Virus record (IMG/VR): IMGVR_UViG_3300031836_000014
Span: 1 to 49,434 of that record
Length of the DNA stretch: 49,434 nucleotides
Origin: a virus
Lineage: Duplodnaviria; Caudoviricetes
Direction: 5' to 3' (one strand)
Shown: piece by piece, positions 33,979 through 41,001 of the stretch
How positions within the stretch are numbered: the stretch's first letter is position 1
How the letters are laid out: every line of letters begins with the position of its first letter
Program-made: the position numbers and the translations under genes
The notes under the pieces: model-generated
Databases searched by the model: none
The model's input: only the letters and a program-made list of their open reading frames with translations
What the model was told of the DNA's origin: nothing

Positions 33979-34428
33979 CTAAAAGTCTATCCTACCAGAA
34001 ACTCCCAGCAGCCAGTAATATTCTGTTGCCTGCCCATGCCCATCACTCCAAACACCATGTCTATCAATAGGCGCGTAATTTTCAATGAAGAAGTTGATCT
34101 TCTCAGTGCCCACTTCTAGCCGAGGCGTGACAGCAAACCGCCAACTATCAACAGCCCATGCGTATGAGCCTTTGAACTTATCCATACCATGCCCGCGAGT
34201 TTCCTTAGTTACCCAGTCGGTCACTCCATAACCTTGCGCAAGAACGGAAAGCTGCACGTACTTGTAACGCACAACTTGCTCCACTTCGAGGACATACCGA
34301 GCGATCTTTCCGCCCGCTACTATGTCACCTCCGGGTGGAGAGTAGGCAAGCTGCCAGTTGATGTGCGCCTCTTGTGCCAGCGCTGGTGAAGTAGTAAGCA
34401 TCAGCAGGCATAACGTGATGATTTTCAT
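33979..34428 (-). CDS. Secreted / putative outer-membrane beta-barrel protein
   Basis: Signal peptide MKIITLCLLMLTTSPALA, amphipathic beta strands, C-terminal YYWLLGVSGRIDF ending in Phe. Confidence 0.55.
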   Translation of the reverse strand: MKIITLCLLMLTTSPALAQEAHINWQLAYSPPGGDIVAGGKIARYVLEVEQVVRYKYVQLSVLAQGYGVTDWVTKETRGHGMDKFKGSYAWAVDSWRFAVTPRLEVGTEKINFFIENYAPIDRHGVWSDGHGQATEYYWLLGVSGRIDF

Positions 34429-34440
34429 GTTTTCCCCTAC

Positions 34441-35106
34441 TCAGGCCAGACGAGCACCGGCATCTCTGCCAGCAACTTCATACGGCCAGTCCACATCGTC
34501 CAGAGACATAGCACCCGATGCGACGGCATCAATGAACTCGCCTTCCAGTCGGATCAGCTCAGACCGTAGCTGGCCAATCAGCCGGAACGCCTGCTCAACG
34601 TCGGCGACAGGATGGTTGGCTATGAATTGACCGTCACTGTCTTTCCATGCCAAAAAGGTTGTTTGCCCGGAGTCCTGAGCCGCTAATCTGGCTTCTTGCA
34701 GCGCTTGCCTGTTAGAAGCCTCGCCGGAGTATCGTACGCCTGACACCATGACGCCCCGCGCTTCGGCTGCCTTCCGCTGGGCCGTGATTCTGGGCGCTGC
34801 AACGTCGCGGTAGTAGATTTTCAACTTGTCGGCGTAAAAATAGCCAGTATCTTCGGCCTCAGTGCTGCCGTACTGCACGTACAGAGACGCATCGTGCCCC
34901 GAGAATCCGGCGGCGGAAATCTCGTCAAGTCGGGCCTGCTGCTCCGCCGTTAGCGTCAGTGGCGCAATAACGAGGTCTGACAAGTGCCCATGCTCGGCAA
35001 TCAATCGCTCGTAGTACCGGCGGTTGTCGGTATGCTTGGTGCGCTCAATACCAGCGTCTTTAAATGTGACGCGCAAATGGTGTGGGGTCATATCGGTTTT
35101 AATCAT
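34441..35106 (-). CDS. Tail-fibre-associated protein (DUF4376-like C-terminus)
   Basis: Start MIKTDMT at 35106 (GAGGA RBS); R.AAEARGV.V.G.RY....NRQAL...WKD.DG.F pattern typical of fibre chaperones. Confidence 0.6.
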   Translation of the reverse strand: MIKTDMTPHHLRVTFKDAGIERTKHTDNRRYYERLIAEHGHLSDLVIAPLTLTAEQQARLDEISAAGFSGHDASLYVQYGSTEAEDTGYFYADKLKIYYRDVAAPRITAQRKAAEARGVMVSGVRYSGEASNRQALQEARLAAQDSGQTTFLAWKDSDGQFIANHPVADVEQAFRLIGQLRSELIRLEGEFIDAVASGAMSLDDVDWPYEVAGRDAGARLA

Positions 35107-35108
35107 GG

Positions 35109-36149
35109 TTATATCCTCGAGATGATGAATCGCTGGTTGTGGGTGAATCGTATTCGGTGGGTTTTCAGGCAAGCGTCTTTGACAAAAAGCTGGCAGTCGG
35201 CCATGCCTGCGTAGCTGTACCAACTGGTCAGCGACTGGAGCGCCTCGCTGATGCTCATCCGCCCCGCTGCCAGTAGTTGATCGGCAGTATTCAGTCGCAG
35301 AATAAAGGCGCCCTTCTTTTTGGATGTGAGGCTCAGCCTGGCCGGGCTTATCTTGTAGCCCAGAGTTTCAAGGCCGCCTCGCAGTGGTCGTATAAAGCAC
35401 TTGCGGCCTGGGAAGATGAGACGGATTACATCGCGGCCAAAGGCTTCAATGCAGCCCAACATGTCGCCGGCTTGAGCCTTGCCATCGACCAGCAACACCA
35501 GATCATCGGCGTAGCGCACATAGCGTTTTACTTTCAGCGTGCGTTTTATGTACTGGTCAATCTCGTTCATCATCACGTTCGCCAGTAGCTGGGAGGTCAG
35601 ATTGCCAAGCGGCAGGCCCTTTTCTCCGGGCGAGCTGTCGATGATTCTTTCAATGAGGTCCAGAGTTTTCTGGCAGGTGACTTTGCGCCGAACAATGGCC
35701 TTCATCACCTCCCGGTCGATACTGTAGAAAAACTTCTGAACGTCCGCCTTTACGATCCATGGGTCGTGGTAATTGATCGAAGCGCTGCGCATGTGCTGCT
35801 GAATTCTAAGGACCGCCTTCTGGTTGCCCTTGCCGCGGATGCACGCGTAGCTGTCGTGCATGAATTTGGGCTCGTAAAAGTCCCTAAGAACGCTGTTTAC
35901 GGAATGTTGAGCGATCTTGTCCCGATATCTGGGCGCGTAAATGACGCGCTCTTTTGGCTCGTAAACAGAGAACTTGAAATACTCGTCCGGCCTGTACTCA
36001 CCTCGGACCAGCTCTTGCCTTAGCTGCTCCAGGTTGTGAGTTTCGTTGTAAGAAAACCGAATGGCGCCTGCCTTGTGCTTTGGGCTTCCGGTTCGGGTCT
36101 GACTGTAAGCTCTGGCAAAATTCTCTGGTGACACAATTCTGTCGAACAA
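35109..36149 (-). CDS. DGR reverse transcriptase (likely TTG start at 36149; track start 36179)
   Basis: EPKER.I.AP.YRD...QH, SYACI.GKG, KADV.KFF.SID, GLPLGNLTSQLLAN (DGR-type SQ), RYADD catalytic motif, LGY. Confidence 0.96.
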   Translation of the reverse strand: MFDRIVSPENFARAYSQTRTGSPKHKAGAIRFSYNETHNLEQLRQELVRGEYRPDEYFKFSVYEPKERVIYAPRYRDKIAQHSVNSVLRDFYEPKFMHDSYACIRGKGNQKAVLRIQQHMRSASINYHDPWIVKADVQKFFYSIDREVMKAIVRRKVTCQKTLDLIERIIDSSPGEKGLPLGNLTSQLLANVMMNEIDQYIKRTLKVKRYVRYADDLVLLVDGKAQAGDMLGCIEAFGRDVIRLIFPGRKCFIRPLRGGLETLGYKISPARLSLTSKKKGAFILRLNTADQLLAAGRMSISEALQSLTSWYSYAGMADCQLFVKDACLKTHRIRFTHNQRFIISRI

Positions 36150-36319
36150 AACTATCCTTAAAAAGGTCGAGGACGCCAATGCTTAGAGTGACGCCCTCTT
36201 TCGGGTTTCTGACAAACGACCAATGTCGCTGGCAGCAGACACAAACCCCCTTGCAGTGCGCGTTACGCACGCATCAACTCCTGAAAGCCGTAACCGTCAG
36301 GACGGGGTTAACACAGCAG

Positions 36320-36416
36320 GGCCGGCCGCCAACCGTTATTCGAATTCGCATTCGAAGCGGTATTGCGATTGAAATTCGCAAGGTCATCGTTGCCACGATT
36401 GACGCGGTTGGAGGAG
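36320..36416 (-). ncRNA. DGR template repeat (TR)
   Basis: 97-bp non-coding copy of the VR between avd and RT; read in the VR frame it gives SSNRVNRGNDDLANFNRNTASNANSNNGWRPA (10 AAY codons, 23 adenines). Confidence 0.96.
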
Positions 36417-36417
36417 G

Positions 36418-36777
36418 TTACGGTTCGTGCCTGGGTTTCCCGGCGGATTTCATGAATCCAACCAGAATCTTTTTAATCTCGGTGATCTTCAGGTCGATCT
36501 GCTCAAAAAAGCCTTTACTAATGTACCGCTCATGGCGGCTGAGCCGATAGAGCGTCACGAGATTCTGAAGGCGAGCAGCCGCCTCCTGAGTCGCTTTCTT
36601 TCTCATGCTGGGCACTTCCTTCGCGGTCGCCACGCACTCCAGTAAACTGACAAACGTCTCCTTGATGTGCTGGCAGAGAGCGTGCTTCTCGGCTTTCGGG
36701 TAATTCTTGAAGGTCGGATAAACCTGGAAGAAAAGCGCCTCAATTTTCGAGTAAAGAATCAGACTTTCGTGCTGCAT
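36418..36777 (-). CDS. avd: DGR accessory variability determinant
   Basis: 119 aa basic helical protein, YP...NYPKAEKHALC..IK...L.RLS....YIS......I...EI.KI..G; directly upstream of TR. Confidence 0.92.
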   Translation of the reverse strand: MQHESLILYSKIEALFFQVYPTFKNYPKAEKHALCQHIKETFVSLLECVATAKEVPSMRKKATQEAAARLQNLVTLYRLSRHERYISKGFFEQIDLKITEIKKILVGFMKSAGKPRHEP

Positions 36778-36799
36778 GATTTCCCTCAGTGAGCGCTTG

Positions 36800-36820
36800 G
36801 CAGCGGGTCAAGCCCGCTAC
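36800..36820 (-). promoter_or_regulatory. DGR hairpin downstream of VR/IMH
   Basis: - strand GTAGCGGG-CTTGA-CCCGCTGC, GC-rich stem starting about 12 nt after the target stop codon. Confidence 0.7.
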
Positions 36821-36831
36821 GCTTCGCTAAA

Positions 36832-37887
36832 TCAGTTGCTAGTGATAAGTTCCAAGGCCGGCCGCCAACCGTAAGACGAAGACGCAGCCGAAGCGGTATA
36901 GCGAGAGAAAGACGCAAGGGCAACGTAGCCACGAATGACGCGGAAGGAGGAGTTTGTATCAGACGTTTCCTGACACCATGACGCCCTGCCATTACCTATT
37001 CCGATGGACATATCTCCATTCGTATAGTTTGCCCAGTTGCCGCCTGCCTGCGGGCCGCCGTGTCGATCTGCGGTCATGCCATCGGTTGCGGGAACGCTTG
37101 GCACGGCTTGGTGAATCCGATAGATCAACTCATTCCACTCCGATCCGCCGCCTACGTCCATCTGGTACATGTCAGCCGTGAAAAATAGCGGGTCAGATTC
37201 CGGGAAAGGGTCGGCGCCCGCACCAGTTGCCAGGCGCACAGCGAATTCAGCCCCGGATTTTGCCACTTTGACTAGCTGATTGGTCGACGTGCCTCGCGGG
37301 TATTGGCCGTCCCCGTCGATGCCGTAAACAAGGCCCCGCGAATAAATGTGATCCCAGCTTATCGTGTGGCGGAATGGCTTCTTGGCGATGTATTTGATCT
37401 TGTTGTTGTGCGCAAACTTGAGCCAACCGGATTCGGAGTTTTGCGACACGCCCTCTGTAATGCCGGTGATGAAGGCCAGATTGTCCCCACTGAACAGCTC
37501 GCCCGCACTCACCTCGCCGAAGAAGCCTGCTGCCATATCGCCTGCGATTAGCTGCTGCGGGCCGGGGCCGAAGGGGGTTTCGGCAATGCCTGAGTCTTCA
37601 GTCACATAGCCGCTGGCCGTTAAAGAAATCGTAGGGCTGGCGCTGGAGTCCGATGCAATCAGGCGATCTCCCGGCTCAAGGTTGATGGTGCGCGGCATAA
37701 ACCATTCATCAGTAACGGAAAGCCCTGAGACGATCTCGGTGGCGCCTGACGCCGATTCGCGCTTGATTGTCAGCGTGCCGGTGCCGGAAGCGTAAAGCCC
37801 GTGCACGGCAATCTCGCCGTTGCCGGGCGCTGTCAGGATGGTGGCGTCTGATGCGGTTAGCGCTACTGTGCTGGTGGTCAGTGACAT
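36832..37887 (-). CDS. DGR target protein, putative receptor-binding / fibre-tip protein with C-terminal variable (CLec-like) region
   Basis: 351 aa; follows the tail fibre; ends SWCQE...RVIRG...YGWRPALEL; the VR occupies its 3' end. Confidence 0.9.
   Translation of the reverse strand: MSLTTSTVALTASDATILTAPGNGEIAVHGLYASGTGTLTIKRESASGATEIVSGLSVTDEWFMPRTINLEPGDRLIASDSSASPTISLTASGYVTEDSGIAETPFGPGPQQLIAGDMAAGFFGEVSAGELFSGDNLAFITGITEGVSQNSESGWLKFAHNNKIKYIAKKPFRHTISWDHIYSRGLVYGIDGDGQYPRGTSTNQLVKVAKSGAEFAVRLATGAGADPFPESDPLFFTADMYQMDVGGGSEWNELIYRIHQAVPSVPATDGMTADRHGGPQAGGNWANYTNGDMSIGIGNGRASWCQETSDTNSSFRVIRGYVALASFSRYTASAASSSYGWRPALELITSN
36856..36952 (-). repeat. DGR variable repeat (VR)
   Basis: Aligns without gaps to TR 36320-36416; 18 mismatches, all opposite TR adenines. 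Confidence 0.96.
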
Positions 37888-37897
37888 AGTTCAGTCC

Positions 37898-39751
37898 TCA
37901 AGAAAATAGCAGTGACATAAGCACTGGGTTTGGTTTTGAATCCACAATGCTGTGAACGGCTTTAGAATCTGGAAAGGCGTTCTCTGCGCCTTCGATAGCC
38001 TCGCTTGTAGTGGCTTTCTTGACAAAGCCCGCTGCTGTTGTCGTAGCCAGCGGGTGATCATTGGTGTTTGCGTGGGCCGTGATCCCTGAGTCGGATATCA
38101 CAGTTGCTTCAGCGTCTGTTGTGTATTGCGCGTGAGGGTCAGTAGCCGCTTCGTGAGCCGCTACCACCGACCCAGCAGCCGCATGAACCCCAGCCGCGTC
38201 AGGAAACTTGTCAGCCGTACCCGCCTCGGCTTCTGCTGTTGTGGCTTTCTCGACAACCCCTGCCGTTGTCGTAGTGGCGGGACTTGCCGGGACCGATACC
38301 CATTGCGTCCCGGTCCAGACACGCATCCCGTTTTCAGTGCTGTTGAAGTACAGAGCGCCGGTCAAAAGCGGGTTGCCGTCGTTATCCGTGGTTGGCGCAG
38401 TCGCTTTGGCCCCAAGGTAACGATCATCAAAGCTGTCGTAACTTGCAGCAGCAGCAGCAGCGGAATTGGAGGCGTTGGACTCGCTGGTGGCCGCTGCGGA
38501 CTCGCTGATCCCTGCGGCTGTCTCGCTGTCAGCGGCGTTGCTCTCAGACGTAGCAGCGGCCATCTTACTGTTACCGGCGTTGGACTCGCTGGTGGCTGCG
38601 TTATTCTCGGAGAGTCCCGCAGCCGTTTCTGACGTTGCCGCGGCACTCGCGCTGGTATCTGCACTGTCCGCACTGGTACTGGCACTACTGGCACTACTGG
38701 CGGCACTGCTTTCACTGGTCTGTGCGTTGGTTTCAGACGTGCTTGCAGCCGTTTCTGAAAAACCAGCATTAGTTTCAGATGCTGATGCGTTCGATTCAGA
38801 TGCTGATGCGTTGCCTGCACTGGTCGATGCATTGCTGGCGCTGGTATTGGCCGCAGAAGCTGAGGACGCAGCGTTACCCTCCGATGTAGATGCATTACTC
38901 TCGCTGGTACTGGCTGCACTCTCAGAGACTGCTGCATTACTTTCACTTGTTGCTGCATTCGCCTCACTTGCACTAGCAGCCAATTCAGACGCCAATGCTG
39001 CTGCTACACTAATATCAATACCCGCTTTAGTAGGGTAGGTAGCAATAAGTGTCGCTGATCCACTATCATTCCTATAAAGTTCAAGATATATATTACTGTT
39101 ACCAGAAGGCGCTGAGAAGTAGTCACCGTCTCCTGTGGCAGCAATACCTGCCGCTGTGTCGTCATAAACAGAGCCACTTAGTTCAGCAGCATCAGCTGCC
39201 CGTTCCGCCCTATCCGCATCAGCATTAGCATCCGCTGCATATTGTAAAGCAGTGGCTAGTGAGGCAAATCTTACTTGCTCTACAGCAATATCACTATTAT
39301 TTAGGTAGAGTACAAATTCGCTGCTTTCAGGAACAAAGAAATAATCACCAGTGGTTGTCCCTGCAATACCTGATGTTGTGTCGTCATAAACACCGGCTGA
39401 TGTTAGTGCCCCAGCATCTTGATTGAGTGATAATTGTTGGTCTATACGCCGTATAGAACGAGTGAAGATAGTCGCTGTCTCAATATCCCCCTTACTCATT
39501 TCTGGGATGTTATTGAGTGCAGTAAAGTCCCTGAACACGGCATAGACTGAACCAGAAGCAGTGGCTCCGGCCCATGGTGCAGACAGGGTGATCTGTGTGT
39601 CTGTGCCGACAGCAGCGACGGTATAGGGAACAGGGACGCCGGCGATAACGAACCCGTCACCTACGCTTACGTTGGCCAGCCATGCCGTGCCAGAGCCTGT
39701 TACGACAGCAGAGCCGTTTGTGACGCTGGCTAGACCGGTTTTATATTGCAT
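37898..39751 (-). CDS. Side tail fibre (Stf-like Ala/Ser repeat shaft)
   Basis: YKTG.ASVTNGS..VTGSGTAW anchor, long ASxSExNA heptad repeats, FDDRYLG.K...PT.DNDGN.L..GALYFN, ATTT.AG.V.KAT repeats, AH....DPH.QY. Confidence 0.88.
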   Translation of the reverse strand: MQYKTGLASVTNGSAVVTGSGTAWLANVSVGDGFVIAGVPVPYTVAAVGTDTQITLSAPWAGATASGSVYAVFRDFTALNNIPEMSKGDIETATIFTRSIRRIDQQLSLNQDAGALTSAGVYDDTTSGIAGTTTGDYFFVPESSEFVLYLNNSDIAVEQVRFASLATALQYAADANADADRAERAADAAELSGSVYDDTAAGIAATGDGDYFSAPSGNSNIYLELYRNDSGSATLIATYPTKAGIDISVAAALASELAASASEANAATSESNAAVSESAASTSESNASTSEGNAASSASAANTSASNASTSAGNASASESNASASETNAGFSETAASTSETNAQTSESSAASSASSASTSADSADTSASAAATSETAAGLSENNAATSESNAGNSKMAAATSESNAADSETAAGISESAAATSESNASNSAAAAAASYDSFDDRYLGAKATAPTTDNDGNPLLTGALYFNSTENGMRVWTGTQWVSVPASPATTTTAGVVEKATTAEAEAGTADKFPDAAGVHAAAGSVVAAHEAATDPHAQYTTDAEATVISDSGITAHANTNDHPLATTTAAGFVKKATTSEAIEGAENAFPDSKAVHSIVDSKPNPVLMSLLFS

Positions 39752-39813
39752 TTAGCTTGCTCCTTTGAATTCTTTGTGGTGCTGGGTAGTTTTGAGAAAT
39801 ACTTTGGTTAGAT

Positions 39814-40530
39814 TTATCCATATGGAACAGGTAATCCATCTACATTAACAACAAGCACGAGTAGAGGCATACCACTATTAAAACCGCTGCTAGAACTTGA
39901 CCCGTATACGCCCACAAAAATATACTGCATCTTAACTGTAGTTCCTTCCGTCCACACCCCTGTGCGATATGTAGATGGATACGATCCGCTCGGTGCCCGT
40001 GTCGTTGATCGGGTGTATGTTTGGATAAGGGCAGATCCACTGGGTATACTACCGATTACGTGCGTAGAGTACCTGTCTGTAGGTACATCACTTGCTGCGA
40101 CAAGTACATCAACAATCTTCAGGGTAAGCCAGTCACTGTGAAAAACTATATTTCCAGCGCTATTGAAAACTTCAATCCCTGAGTTACCTCTGGGGGCTAT
40201 CCACTGATCAAATATATAATAAGCCACCCAAGTAGAAGATGACTCAAATGAGAATCGTGCGTATAGATGACCAGCCACGTATCCAGGATAATATCCTTTA
40301 GGTCTTACCACTTCAACACTGACCAAGCCAGAACTGCTAGTTGTCCTAGTTGCTATAATAGGTCGATTAAGTCCAGTTATATCTACTAAATAATGCCGAC
40401 CGTCCACCCCGTTATCCACAGGCATCCCGTTAGTAATGTAAGCGGATTTGCGTAAGCTGTAGTTAATATACTGACCGTCCACTTGTAACGTATCACCATC
40501 TGCATTAAATACCTGAAAACCTGCGGGCAT
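39814..40530 (-). CDS. Tail tip minor protein
   Basis: MPAGFQVFN..G..LQVDG...Y.FD...G.EVFN..G..VFHS pattern of genes following J; AT-rich. Confidence 0.65.
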   Translation of the reverse strand: MPAGFQVFNADGDTLQVDGQYINYSLRKSAYITNGMPVDNGVDGRHYLVDITGLNRPIIATRTTSSSGLVSVEVVRPKGYYPGYVAGHLYARFSFESSSTWVAYYIFDQWIAPRGNSGIEVFNSAGNIVFHSDWLTLKIVDVLVAASDVPTDRYSTHVIGSIPSGSALIQTYTRSTTRAPSGSYPSTYRTGVWTEGTTVKMQYIFVGVYGSSSSSGFNSGMPLLVLVVNVDGLPVPYG

Positions 40531-40916
40531 TAGTAAGCTCCGTATGCTAAATAAATATCACCTAAAGTATCGCCTTCACCAAATGAAATGGATGAACTTT
40601 TCCAAGCATTTATATTCTGCACACTCCATGTCCATGACACAGTATTACCCGAAAAATTAACTACCGGAACTGGTGATGGGTAAGCATCATAAAATCCTTG
40701 GGGGGAGCTGCCTGGCAGGAAAAAGAAGAAGGGTGTTCCATTGTTAAGAATGTTATTAACCCTGCTACCATTAAAGCCTGCCGGTACTTCGTTATACGTG
40801 GCAGTAGTTAAAGGAAAGTAAACCAGCTCGATTACCCGCGTTAGGCGGTCAGTGATGCTTAAGGTTTTTGCTCCCGTAAGGCCACTCCATGTTTCTATGC
40901 CACTTGGCATTGCCAT
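40530..40916 (-). CDS. Tail tip minor protein
   Basis: MP.GIETW...G...L.ITDRL.R...GTPFF...GNT.SW...YGAY; TAATG-coupled to the next gene. Confidence 0.65.
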   Translation of the reverse strand: MAMPSGIETWSGLTGAKTLSITDRLTRVIELVYFPLTTATYNEVPAGFNGSRVNNILNNGTPFFFFLPGSSPQGFYDAYPSPVPVVNFSGNTVSWTWSVQNINAWKSSSISFGEGDTLGDIYLAYGAY

Positions 40917-41001
40917 ACTCCTATTCTAACTAACAACGTTCTCACAGAATTATATAAACGAGTACCATTTTTATCATGCGCAACGCCCGTAGAAGAATAA
41001 C

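Noticed and set aside
35109-36179. RT as group II intron, retron or Abi RT
   Set aside because: Short RT with no maturase or endonuclease domain, DGR-type SQ motif, adjacent avd and an adenine-specific TR/VR pair.
38440-39010. Ala/Ser repeat tract as a separate repeat element
   Set aside because: Degenerate 21-nt periodicity is explained by the heptad coiled-coil shaft of the tail fibre.
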